A stretch of 64,000 bases of DNA from Catajapyx aquilonaris. Lineage: Eukaryota. The first letter of the stretch is position 1. Each line of letters begins with the position of its first letter. The notes beneath the pieces were generated by a model. It saw only the letters and a list, made by a program, of their open reading frames with translations, was not told where the DNA came from and did no database searches. The DNA lies in contig JYFJ02001337.1 in the NCBI GenBank assembly GCA_000934665.2, forward strand, positions 1 through 64,000. The letters are read 5' to 3'. Positions 12,601 through 24,447 of the stretch are shown in pieces. Made by a program: the position numbers and the translations under genes.

Positions 12601-13794
12601 ATTGCTCCAGCAGCAGGAGTGGCTCCTGGTGCAGCAACTGGCGCAGCAGCTCCGCCTACAGCAGCTGCAGCAGTAGCAGGTGCAGCAGCAGCAGCAGTGG
12701 GGTCCTCTGACCAATCCGAGACGGGGGCAGCAGCTGCTGGCGCAGGAGCTGCAGGGCTTTCCCCCCAGTTCTCCTGCTGTGGAGCCTGCTGTTGTGTTGC
12801 AGGGAAGGTGGTCACAGTCTCATCCTTCAGGGCTGGTGCCACTTCCTTGGCCTGCTCCTCCTTCTCAATCTCCTCTGGGTCACGGAAGAAGAAGATATCC
12901 ACCATGACATCCCACTTCAAGTCACGAGACAAGGTGCCACGCAAGCGGAGGACCTCACGGGTCAGCATCCACCACATCAGGCCTATCGAGTGGGCACTCT
13001 GAAAATAATAAAAAACACGTCAAGAATCCTAAAATATCACCAAACACATGCATTCATTAATTACTGGGGGAAAAAAAACTATTTGAGCTTTGTACAGTAG
13101 GCTCAGAATCCGGTAAAGCAATGAACAGTTGGATTCCGCATTGGGATACACTCGGAGACCTGAATCATCATTGCCTACATGTTATCTACAAATAAGGATA
13201 TTGATGACAGCTGTGATGCTTTGCACTGGTATTTCACCAGAGCTACACCAGCTGATAAAAAGGACTACTGTTGCGGTAGCACCTAATAATACACACCTTG
13301 TTGTTGCATGGGATGGCAATATCAACGTAGCGGAGTGGGGAGTCGGTGTTGCAGAATGCGATGACTGGGGCATTGATGTATGATGCCTCAGTGACTGGCT
13401 GGTGGTCAGCCCTGGGGTCTGTCACAAGCAGGATCCTTGGCTCCCTGAAAGCAGCCTGGATCTGGTTGGTGAATGCACCTGGGGTGAACCTCCCCGCAAT
13501 TGGAGTAGCACCAGAGTAGGCTGCAAACTTCAACACTGCCCTCTGACCGTATGAACGGGAGGAGATGGCAAAGACATCAATTGGGTTCTCGATTGCAGCA
13601 ATTACTCGGGCGGCCAAGAGTAGCTTCTCCCAGGTGCGTCGCAAATTAATTATGTGGACCCCATCTGAGCGTCGGCGGTACACATATTGCTCCATCTGGA
13701 AGTCCACATTCTCTGTCCCAATGTGGGCTGTGGCTGCCAGCATCTTCGTGACGTCATCCTCCTTGAGGCTCAGGGCATCCAAACCTCCCGACAT
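9679..13794 (-). CDS. RpSA: 40S ribosomal protein SA (uS2, laminin receptor/stubarista), 3 coding exons, 336 aa
   Basis: Exons are 13794-13297, 12998-12558 and 9750-9679. Translation: [45 protein letters not shown]...[23 protein letters not shown]...[27 protein letters not shown]...[14 protein letters not shown]...[17 protein letters not shown]...KW*. AATAAA lies on the minus strand at 9649-9654. Confidence 0.97.
9862..10745. mobile_element. Old long-inverted-repeat element, possibly piggyBac-like (…AAAGGG TTAA end)
   Basis: The reverse complement of 9900-10130 aligns in patches with 10360-10670 (tttgaaatggatag; aaccactgca; tctgcct; ggttgcc; aattgtg; tctcct). The right end reads aaagggttaa and the left end ccccttt. 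Confidence 0.4.
10744..11003. mobile_element. Old degenerate fold-back MITE
   Basis: aatcccacgccacactccaac matches the reverse complement of gttggggtatggagtggaatt. The inner arms ataatttcctggcaatgagagtagtcatg / catgacaactctacctttgcaagggaattac are also degenerate inverted repeats. Confidence 0.6.
11176..11394. mobile_element. 219-bp MITE (hAT- or P-like) with 8-bp TSD
   Basis: The TSD ggcaaaac occurs at 11168-11175 and 11395-11402. The termini caagggggtagccgc / gtgactaccccttg are inverted repeats. The element is absent from the paralogous sequence at about 13060-13080. Confidence 0.85.
11422..11502 (-). ncRNA. Box C/D snoRNA, copy B (RpSA intron 12557-9751)
   Basis: Near-identical paralog of 13097-13178: GTAGGC-A-GTGATGA...GCTTTACCGGATT-CTGA-GCCTAC, with boxes, stem and guide intact. 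Confidence 0.82.
11508..12461. mobile_element. 954-bp non-autonomous DNA transposon with 147-bp TIRs and 8-bp TSD (Merlin-like)
   Basis: TIRs at 11508-11654 and 12315-12461 begin GGTAATTG. The TSD tacatatt occurs at 11500-11507 and 12462-12469. Internal repeats of about 100 bp, containing (TTAGG)n, occur in both orientations. The empty site tacatgtt is retained in the paralog at 13176-13183. Confidence 0.88.
13097..13178 (-). ncRNA. Box C/D snoRNA, copy A (RpSA intron 13296-12999)
   Basis: Minus strand: GTAGGC-A-ATGATGA (box C)...GCTTTACCGGAT-T-CTGA (box D)-GCCTAC. It has a 6-bp terminal stem and ends about 98 nt upstream of the 3' splice site. The 12-nt guide is complementary to the recalled 28S motif AUCCGGUAAAGC. 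Confidence 0.85.
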
Positions 13795-14599
13795 GGTGCT
13801 GCAAAGGCAGATAGTTTCATCAAAAATCTAGAACGTTCACACACAAATATAACAAACTATGCACAATCGTGGAAAAGCCTAATTCTCTTCTTGATCAAGA
13901 CTGGAAGGTATTTTGCCCATAATTGGCATGGATTGTGAAATTGTGGCCAAATACTTCATATTGGTTCTACAGAAAACTACGGCAAGCGATCTGATGATAT
14001 GGTGTGTTAAATCCCAGGTAGAACCTGGGCTAATGCAGGGCTTCCAGGTCCCGCCTTGTATACACAGACGTATGTGTTACATTTAGTGGGGTTATACCAG
14101 TCCTACGCACTAAAACTGTCCCAGTGTATGCCCCTCAAACGGCCAACTCCACCACTAACAAGCTACCCAGCCCAGCAAATTCCAGACCGGACCATATGCG
14201 CTAGGCCTAACAGAAACGAGTTGTACTCCTTGCAAGCGACCACGTGGCGCCCACCGCCTTTGCAACCGGCTCTTCCCGACGCCCCCAGTGAAGACAATGC
14301 TCTGCCTGATCCTCCAGAGTGTGGCTCTGCCCCTGGCCTTACCCGGTCCTGATAAATCGGCGGCGAGGTCCTTCTGGAGAGATGCTCCTCGACTGAAAGC
14401 GGAAGTGGCGTCTGGACAAAGATGGTGCCCGCCGGATGCCGTCACCGTGGCGTGGTCTAGGCTCGCTTCACCCTCATTGGAAGGGTGGAGGATGGGGTGC
14501 CGTGAACCACAGCGCGAGTCTATATGAAACGCTATGAGGAAGCTGCTGCCATCTGGAAGGAAGAAGGCCAACTCACAATCGGACGGTACGGTAACCAAC

Positions 14600-14656
14600 C
14601 CGCGCAGTACGATACTGCCACCAAGACGCTAAAGTAATCGTGTAATGAGAGGGAAT
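14600..14656 (-). promoter_or_regulatory. Putative RpSA non-coding exon 1 with pyrimidine-rich (TCT/TOP-like) start
   Basis: The minus strand reads ttccctctcattacacg...gcgcgg|gttggt, a pyrimidine tract followed by a donor. There is an acceptor 4 nt upstream of the ATG (13799), and the region is CpG-rich. An alternative donor gtgagt lies at 14571-14576. Confidence 0.45.
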
Positions 14657-15382
14657 TGATGGCATTTTGATGGAGCAGATATCGCGAAATGTTCAGCCAG
14701 ACGGTTTCCCATAGATTAGGTCATCTGAACACGTGGTCTAAGTTGGCCCAAAACATAGTAACAGAACTGGTCTCATTATGTCCATCATGTTATACAATGT
14801 AATGTGTATTTGTGGTTATTTGTGCAAGTTTAGCATTCATTCCAGGTGTAGAGAGATTCATAATGTTTTGCTACAAGAGTACCGTATTGCTGTCATGTTC
14901 ACCAGGGGCGTTTTGCCAACATTGTTAGCATTTGGTAGACTAGCTTTGCGTGAAGTTATCTTACATTTTACTGATTTTAGAATGTGTTTGAAAGACACTT
15001 GTAGGAAATTAATAGGATTTTCAGCAAAATATAGCCCTTAATGCAATTATTATGCAGAGGTTGATATTATTTATTTCTTAAATGTTTATTTTTATGATGA
15101 TGTAATTTTTTCGTCATAATTCCCGGTTGAAAATAATTTCATTCAACTGACAGTTTATAATATTTCCCATAAAGTTTTTTCAGACACGTTATTTGCCATA
15201 CCTCCAAATGCATCAAAATGTACCATCAAATTGACAATATAATTTTATTTGACTAAACTGTCAAGTGGAAATGCGAATCATAAAAGACGTGAAAATAATT
15301 GTGGGAGCAGAGAGTCCTTGCACTCTGTTTTGAAAGTGTCTATTTTGGCGCACTGACTGCGTGTGGGTCAATTGCCTTCGGG

Positions 15383-15390
15383 TATATAAA
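15383..15390 (+). promoter_or_regulatory. TATA box upstream of the CH-domain gene
   Basis: TATATAAA lies about 430 bp upstream of the ATG at 15818 and is followed by a plausible non-coding exon ending at the gtaggg donor at 15675. Confidence 0.4.
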
Positions 15391-15817
15391 CAAGATGTAG
15401 GCCGGACGCCTTCTAGTAATAGACCCCGCAACCAACCTCTGCCAGACACCAAGCACCAGAAGCATCCTTCGCTATATCTCCAACACTCTGTGAGTTTGCA
15501 CACCTCTCCCCCAAACCATTCTCGACTCTTCTTCTTCGTCCTTCCTTCCTTCAATCGTTGCTTCCCCTACTTGAGGAACTTATTCTGGGCTTCTGCTGGT
15601 GTATTTGCAGTCGAACCCATCAACCAGATTGCCGCAAACATTCTCACAGCAGGCAGCTGAAAAGCACTGTATAGGTAGGGAGCAGCGGATTCTCTTCGCA
15701 TAATACATGAGTATGGTGGCATCAAGTTATTGGTGTGTTTTTAACTAGGAAAACAGAATCGGAGCCAGAAGAAACTTCGCGAAAGTCTTTCGTTAGCAGC
15801 TAACCAAGGGAGAGAGT

Positions 15818-17612
15818 ATGGTTCCGCAGGAGACTGATTTGAACCAACTGGAGGAAGATGACAATTTGGAACCCCATATGGTAAGTAGACGCTATAAATG
15901 TGTCAAATGGGTTATTATATAGCCATGATGATTGTTGCGATCGTTAGAGAGATGCCACAAAAGAGAGTCAAATCCTGCTTTGGATCTACCGGGTGTTGGA
16001 TGAAGTTTCTCCGTATGACTACGAGGTGGTCATCAGGGATGGAATCATTTTGTGCAGGTATGTGTAACAATATTTTTAATTCTTCTACGCGTTTGTTATA
16101 TGCTGTCAAGTCAAGAGGGGTTGGTCCACTACTGTGTCTGTACAAACCGTGAAGGGCACGAACAGGTCAAAGCATCTTGCACAACCTTATTGCGAATATA
16201 ACGTTGCCTTATCGACAGAGTGAGTCACCCATGCATGGAGGCTTCGGCCTTATAATTAATATTTGATGGCACATATGCATGAGAATGTCAGCACATGTAC
16301 ATTGTACAGGTATGATATTCACGGTCCTTGTCAAAGAGAATAAAGGTTCCTAGCACCGTGTATAAAGTAGTCAAATAATACATGACCATTTGGAGTTATA
16401 AGGGTAGCTGAAACTATAGACCTGTCAACTAGTGGAATTTATTTCAAAATAACTTAATCGGCGTGAGAGACGCATACCTAATAAATACATCACACATTTT
16501 GAAAGAGACAGAATTTTAAAATATGTGAAATGCAACTAAAATTGCAAATTAGATCAACATGTCCAGTAAATTACTTTTTTGGACACCCATACGTTTAGTC
16601 CCTGGAGGCCACACTGTTTATTGCACTTTATGCAACTTCTGACGACTTGACACGTAGATGATTGCAGTACGTACAAGCTTCTGTTTTTGTTTTGATGGGA
16701 TTGCTCCTGTAACAAGGACACGGGCAAAGGTGTTCACTATTTGAACACAACCCTGGTGCTCGCTACAACTATGTAGGTGCCGAACATGCCGCGGAACTTG
16801 GATATGCTCCAAGAGTGAAGCTCGTTGGACGCTGACAGGGACGACCCGCACCCTTCCCTACCTAAAATTAAATGCTGCTCCGGCACTCCTCTAACACGTC
16901 CTCCTTCCCCTCCACCCATTTATTCATTCCATCTATTGATAGAATTAACCTATACTATGGGACTCAAGCATGGCATCACCTGCACATTGGTGTGGTTAGC
17001 ATCAGTAGGAGGCTACTGTGCAGATTAGTATGATAATACTGACCAGTAGTCTTAAATACGCAGTGGTACAGCAGGTGTTAATTGCTGCATACCGATGTTC
17101 TGTACAGTACTGTACACATTTACTCGTTGCAACAGGCTCTTGAACAAACTCCGTCCAGGCCTGGTGGATGAGACAGAGCTGAGCAATGAGAGCATGGAGG
17201 CCAAGAGACGCTGCGTCCGGATGCTGATCCGGGCACTTCGCATCTACGGAATTCCTGAACAGCTTCTCTTCTGCCCGGAAGACCTCCTCTTTCTGTTGCA
17301 CATGCCAAAGGTCACCAGATGCATATTCACTCTTGGAAAAATGGTCAGTAGGCTACAGTATATAGGTTTGTGGTTGCATATACAACTGATGTCATCATCT
17401 TCCAGGCAGCGGAAGATCCGACATACAAGGGTCCCCAGCTGGGACAAGAACCGTATGAACCCGTGGCCAAGTGCGGGCGGAGGAAGGGCAGCCTGCCCCT
17501 GGGCGACGAAATCTACGTGGCGCACATCTCTGTCGGACGTATCACAAGGGATCTCATGGGACACAACAAACCCAGGAGGCTTCAGAGGCGAATCTCTCTA
17601 TACAATTTCTAA
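15818..17612 (+). CDS. Divergent calponin-homology (Mp20/myophilin/transgelin-like) protein, 4 exons, 195 aa
   Basis: Exons 15818-15880, 15948-16057, 17136-17343 and 17406-17612 are phase-consistent. The translation ESQILLWIYRVL..YDYEVVIRDGIILCRLLNKLRPG..ALRIYGIPEQLLFCPEDL..KVTRCIFTLG..PTYKGPQLG parallels the Mp20 CH motifs (WI..LKDG.VLC.LIN; YGVP..DVF..VDL; IFALG; FKGPFLG). Confidence 0.85.
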
Positions 17613-18181
17613 TTCACTTCCATACCTGTACCAGTGTACCAGCATACACTCCGCCACTCGTATATGTGGACCTCGGTAGCACAATATGACAGGCTGCATA
17701 ATATAGCCCTATACTCTCGTATGATATGTTCTTATTGCCGTATGTGGCCAGGATTAACATTACTATAAAATAGAGGCAGATATTGACAGCTAAATATTTC
17801 TCATTGTTAATTGCTTGCGTCGGATAAACTCGTAAGTGTATGTAATTGATAAATATATCATATCAATGCTTCTGCTTTGCATTATTGCCAACCTATAAAT
17901 TATTTTTATACAGTGTAAAATTTTGAATATCATATCTATAATTTGAATCACTCTGGTCATGACAAAGGGAACGCTACAAGCTGTAATTTTAATTACGTTT
18001 ATTTTATGGGTACACAATGGAAAATAATATATATGATAACAAGTTTAAAATACGAGCCGACGCTCGAATCCAATAAACCTTTGAATGCCCTTCATCATAC
18101 TGGACGCCGCTGTGAAGGTCGAAGTGCACAGCGAAACCAACGGAATCCTCCAATAAGTCGCGCGTCTTAACCAAAACATCG

Positions 18182-20687
18182 TCAAAGGGAGCTCTCATTG
18201 AGCCCATCCATTTGTAGTCTGTTGGAATCTGCAGCTCTGCTGCTAAGAAGTCGTTCCTGACGGTATGCTTCGTAATGAACTGAAGAGGTCACTTCCACCA
18301 GGTCGTGCATGTGAGTCCTGACAATAATAAAGGTTGTTTATTAATTGTGAACAATATGCTTTTACAGATGCTCGGAAACCATTTGTTAAGTGGTCTGATC
18401 AATACGCAGGCTACATATCTGCCCCAGACTGACATAAACATCACTTTAAGCTTCACTCGGCAAAGGAACTTTCATCTTTTGACGGATGAACGAGGAGAAA
18501 ATCTAATTACTGACTGTACAGGTAAAGCCCTTTTCATGTCTCGCTCTTCTCACCCATGATTAGATTAGTACTCTGCGACATCTGCACTACTCTGTGCCTG
18601 CAGTATCCAGCCATCAAACTTATGAAAAAAAACTCCATGCTTCATAATCAATATGTTCCATTACCTGATAATCATGTTTCTCAGGTCTGCAAACTCGCAG
18701 TGAGCCTTGTTCTCCACCTCAACAAGCCCCCAGTGTGTCAGACGACCCAGCACATTGGTCCGACCCCCGATTTCATAACTCCCAGCACTTCCAACCACCG
18801 CAAAGGGCAGCATTACCTGCAACAACCACGACATGAAACGTCATGACCATCAGTTCAACTGTCGCATACTGACCCGAATGTGGTCGTTGACAGATGTGTC
18901 GTCAGGATCTTCAAATTGCTTGCATGGGTAGAGGTTGATACGGTGTCGCAGCATGTCTCGTCTGAGCCTCTCCTTGAACTCGGCACGTTCCTCCAGAGTC
19001 AAGGTGTCCGCCTTGCCAATCACAGGGATTACATTGACCACTTTGGACAATCGGCTCATCACTTCGATGTCCAGAGGACGGAGCCTGAGTGTATCAAGAT
19101 GGATGAAATAATGTGGAAAGTGATAGGCCCTTTGGGTAAGTTGTCACTTACGAGTGTCCGGTCGGAGGTATGAAGTAGAGGCAGCAATGGATCCGGGTGT
19201 CCGGAATCACCCTTTTGCGGCTTACGTTCTGCTCTTCTTCAAGATATTTCTCGAATTGGGCCCGAATGTGCTCCACCAGTGGAACCCAACTGAAAGTTAA
19301 GGTTTTCAGGATCACAAAAAAAGATGGTGCCCCAGTTCCCCAGTTAAAGCAGGTGCACTTTCATGTAACATCAGTTACTCACCAGTTGTCATTATTGACT
19401 TGGTCTCCAAATCCGGGTGTGTCAGTGACAGTGAGACGTAGTCGGACACCCTTTTCTTCTATCACTGGAAGGAAGAAATGGACGTTCAATACAGAGAAAA
19501 AGAAAAAGTGCTTGAGATAGTAATACTACTGGATAATACGCCATATGGCTGTACCATCTGGCCAACTTTTGTCCGGAAAACGATCACACGCCCAGTGACT
19601 GTAATCCTGATCCTGATAGTCCCTGGCGCCGAGACAATCCCACGCACAGTCTGACCGAATCATTCGAGTACCACCCACAACCAAGATTTTCTGTTGGCCT
19701 AATGCAAATTAATGAATTTTCGAAAGCTTTAAAAGGTCACGAATAATGACCACTTGACTTTTTCAGACTGAGAAAAATTCATCAGTTTTGCATGTCCTAC
19801 TGTACCAATATTTAGGGGTGTGTATATACATGTGCTGCAATTCCTAGTTCTTAATAGTTCTTGTGACGACTCGTGGCGGAATCTACTCACTTCCGTCACA
19901 GAACATGCAAATAACAGTTGACACGTGCTGAGTTCAAGGTTCAAGGTAATAAAATGCATAATAACCGTGGCTGACAGAACGTATTTGAGTGGTCTTTCCG
20001 GTTCCCAATAAAGGCGGCGGTGTTGAAGGAGGCGTCGCAGGTGACACCTCATTATGGTCGGTGCCGTTGCCATTCTCCTGAGGTTGATGGGGTGACCCTT
20101 CGGAGGGGTGTCTATTACTGGACCTCAGGCTCACATGGCTCTTGAACAGGGTGTCTACCAGGGTCGACTTCCCCAATCCGCTGCGACCTAAAAAAGGATC
20201 TTACTATTAATTTTACTACTTTTAAACTAGGTACACTCTTAGAAATAATGCACCAGACACATATTCCGGCAAAGGTTGAACCTAGCAACCTTGACGACAA
20301 ATCTACAATACAGTACTTCTTCTCCACGAGTAATTTGAAGCTACAGGCATAACGATAAGGAAAATTCCTTTCTCCTAAACTCCAATGGTCTACCGCATCC
20401 ACGGAATCTTTCTCGATCATTACACCTGAATAATGCTTCTGTAGCGTGGCCCAACCATTAAGGCCTACCTTCCTCCATTGCGTAACTCACGGTACGGAAT
20501 TACTTATTACTTATTCATTCTTGCAGTCTCCGAACTCGTACAGCCCTGATCTTATTTTTTTAATGCCGTACATTAATGTCAGTCCGAAAAGGAAGTCGCA
20601 ACCAACGAACAATTCTTACATCCATGACACAGCCTCCCTGACAATCTCCCTTCATTTCCTCTTCCCCAACATGACATGACTCAAGCC

Positions 20688-20755
<68 letters not shown>

Positions 20756-20923
20756 GGGTAGTAATGTCATACCGACGAGGATGAGGTTGAAGTGGAATCC
20801 GCGCCTAAGTACACGTCGCCTTATCTGATCCTGAAGAGTGTCGATTCCCACATATCCGGCAGTGTTGATCTGCAGCTGTCCCCACTCGCTGCTGTCCATC
20901 GTCCCAGCAGTCGATTCGGACAT
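18182..20923 (-). CDS. SEPT9: Septin of the SEPT3/SEPT9/SEPT12 group, 7 coding exons, about 363 aa
   Basis: Exons are 20923-20773, 20187-19966, 19464-19383, 19289-19152, 19084-18874, 18816-18665 and 18317-18182. Motifs: [26 protein letters not shown]1 [10 protein letters not shown]3 [32 protein letters not shown]4 GKAD, SUE PFAVVGS..GR.THWG.VEVEN..HCEF..LR. There is no C-terminal coiled coil. The start codon is uncertain because an acceptor at 20964 implies an upstream exon. Confidence 0.92.
20688..20755. repeat. (AAT)~22 microsatellite in septin intron
   Basis: Direct reading. It produces the poly-Leu tail of ORF 20681-21043. Confidence 0.97.
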
Positions 20924-23900
20924 CAGAATACCCGAACCGTCCTCCTCACCAATGCATCCGTTCCTGTTCGAAACAAAACAAGAATGCCAAAATACGTTAC
21001 CAAGTGTACCAACTGCATTTTTAAGCAGGCTTGTTATCAGCACCCCTTTTATCTCGACTATAAAACGTGCCTACCTATGATCAACTTACAGCATGGAGCG
21101 TATGGCAGTGTGAGACTGAAGCACCTAGTCATACAAGACGTTCTATCCTGATTCAGGGAGGCGGTAGAGCGGGAAAAGAAGTTGGGGAAGTGTTGGAGAT
21201 GGTGGTGGGGAGGGGGTTGAAAGGAAGGAAGGATAGGCACACACATAGGGACCGTGTGGTAGGGAGGGGATGGGGGTGAGTGTATGTGTGTCCTCGACTC
21301 AAGCCAGCCCAGACAGCCAGCGACCCCCAAGACGGGCTCGGATTTCATACGACTCATTATGTCGAAATGGAGAGACTAGGTTACACTAACCTATTTTTAG
21401 GTAGGCCGCTCGTATTATTGAAGGCGCGGATTGAATATCGGGTTAAAGGTGGCGGAGAGTGGTGCACTTGTCAGCTGACAATCCAGGAGAATACGAACGA
21501 CAGCTTTCAATGCAAAATGTTAGGAATGGGTAACCTTGCGCATTATTGGGCACATGCCAGTTGGTACTGGGCGTGATATCCGTTCTAGGTCTATTTAAAA
21601 CAAATGCTTTCAATGCAATTCGCAAGATTCGCAAGTTGAAGTATTTATCCATTTTGCAATGCTACTAACTTGAAATTCAGAAAAAAAACATCATCGCTAC
21701 TTCTACCCTGTCCAATACACTCATATCACATAAGCCCGTGTCAAACTAGGTAGCATGCAGTTAGAGTGTGGTACGAACCGTGAAAAGCGTGATGTGAAGC
21801 ATCTAGTGGCCTGCACGAAACTTGTGCCCTCTTCCCCTCTGCTGCTGGATGTCTCACACTGTCAACATCCATACATCCATCCACCCCCACAAAAAACGGG
21901 GATGAAAAACCCGGCCCATCTAAGAAGTTTAGTGATGGGGGCCAAGAGCAGGGTGGGGGTGGGTGGGAGGGTGGGAGGAAGACTGGACCAAGATGTTAAG
22001 CTATTTTTTACAGTCGAATGATACGCATTAGTGGAAGATGAGAAGTAGGCCACTAGCAAAGGCAGCGTCAGATTTATCCAGTTTGTTGCAACAGCTACGG
22101 GTATGAATGAATAAAGTACATCAATATTACCAGCAGGGGTTGATGACACCATCAATTTATGGGCAACGAAGCACGATGAGATTAACTGTTAATAGTAACT
22201 GGATTGTTTTCAGCTAAAAAGTACAGTATTAGATTCCGCTCAATTTCATATATATATATTTTTGTAATAATCTCATTGCACTGGAAGAGAGGTGGTGGTA
22301 ATGAGTCGGCCACTGTGTATCAACTGCACGTGCAGACAACAATGTAGGCCTATCGTTTCATCCGCAGCTCTGAATAAGTACACGGTAGTCATTGCTTTTT
22401 ATGATGGTGTTTCCTTCACATTTTGCGGAACACCACCCAGGCGAGAGGAAACCGCCGTGTCCTTGAGATCTTGGACAATTTTTGTAATCGTTATGACTAG
22501 CTTTACGACTAAGTGGGTTTTACATAAAGCAATGAGTGTTAAAATTATTATATCCTATTCTGTCGTCAAACTCTTTTGTAAGTAATAGCCCTGAACAAAA
22601 TTATGTTATCATTTTACTTACGGTATAGTTTAGGAAGAGATTTCCTGCTGCAGTGATGCAGGTGAACTCCAACGACGTTTCTCTATGCAAGTTGATAGAC
22701 AACTAATGTTGTCTAGACTCTCTGCAACTGCATGGTAAATATGTCTATAGGATGCATAGTTGCAATTGGTCGACATTATCTGTTAGGCTCATGTTCTTGA
22801 TTAGTCAGACCGGAACCTTCCATATTTTGAGGTTACGGTTATCAACTTCTTCCTCTCTACCCTGCCACCCCCATACTTTCCTCGTCCTCCTTCCTGCAAT
22901 CAGTCTCCAGGCTAACAAATGGTAGACCGCTGGGTGTTATCTAGTTTCCCGTGGGCTATACACCATCAAATCCGGGAGAAATAAGCAAGCTTTTATGCGG
23001 CTACCCAGCATTTCCGGTCTCATAAAAGTAATATAATGCGCTGCTAAGATCAAGCTAAATTGTAATCCTTGTTAGTAGAACCATTTAGTGCACAAAAGCA
23101 CATTTTTTTGTTCAGCACTTGTCACACTTTAATCGACTTTAATAACAGAGGAGAAATCCAAGAGGCTCTTCTAGGCCTCTGATGTCCAAGATAATTAAAG
23201 ATTGATGCCCACTCCGCACTTTGATGCAATATACAGAAGCGCTTTATTTTTCATTACCTTACACCCATTTCTTCAGCTTACTTACTGTAGTACAAGAGCT
23301 CGTAAGTTGTTTACAGATTCATGAGCATAAAGGCGTGAATTACAGCACGCTGACCTTAGCCGTGTAAAAAATCTGTACTGCAGGTACCCTGGAATATAGG
23401 ATTGGGATGCGGGATCACGACGAATATAGGCCAAGGTATACAGTGCCGAGGTGCGCATGGCAGAACCAATGCAGCAAAATGTAGGGAGGTGGCTGCTAGA
23501 GAGGGGGGGGGGGGGCACACAATGCCAATCGATTTTTAAATCAAGTCCTATCGGAATCGGCAGCTATAGGAAATAACTGTACAAATCATAACGATGCGCA
23601 AATTAACCTTGCGGATCTATGGTAAATTGCCAGGACTACACGTGCACACACACTGATTCTGCATATAGGGGGCAGTCTAGAGGGCGAAAAGTGGGGAGGG
23701 GGTTGGGTGGGGGCGAAACTGCAATGGCGTTGCCTGCAGTCTATTCGTGTAGCTAGCTAGAAGTGCGATCAAGGCCTATTATTGCCAGATGGCTGACATG
23801 TGTCTGGAGAGGACTTAGAGGAGACCGTTCCTAGATGGTAGGCAACCCACATCGCTACCGGGCTGCCCTGCATCCTCTGGACAACCGTCACGCAACAGCA

Positions 23901-24447
23901 GGTCAGCTTATTATTATGCAAAACACTGTTACGCAATGAGTTTATGACCCAGCTCTGCTTGATGTGAATGGTCGTTATGTCAAACGAACAGTAACAGAGT
24001 CGGGCGAAGTTAAGCCCGGGAAAAAGCGCCCTTTCCATCACATACCCATAAGCTTAAAATAACCGGGCTACTTTGCAGTCAAAAATGACGTCAGTTTGGC
24101 GTCATTCAGTGGTTCTGAGAGTAAAAGTGCCACTTATGCTCACCCTATACCCTTTCACTATCACACCTACAGTCCATTAAAATTGAGGGGAAATTGATCG
24201 ACCCCACCCTGGGCCTGGGTCGAGAGTGACAAAATGTCGGATTGTTGAAAGGACTTCCGCAGAGGTGGCAATTAAATTAAAGGCCGGATTAAGGGCGACA
24301 ACGCTTCACCTATGCCATTTTATTGTTGTTAATAAGAGAAATCTGTGGTTACATAATGCTTGTTTTGACCTTTATTGCTTCTATGTACAGTGCTATTTAC
24401 AGTATATTTATAAGAGAAAATCCCAACCTCCAGGATGCCTGCTGTCC

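Noticed and set aside
14002..14140. Possible H/ACA snoRNA in RpSA intron 1 (two hairpins, ATACAA hinge, ACA)
   Set aside because: The pocket-to-box spacing is off, the 3' lower stem is poor, and no target was identified. It would need snoGPS or cmscan support.
24226..24447. N-terminal extension of the 436-aa RING ORF
   Set aside because: It starts at GTG, is AT-rich, and ends at a good acceptor (cctccag, 24433). It is likely intron or UTR.
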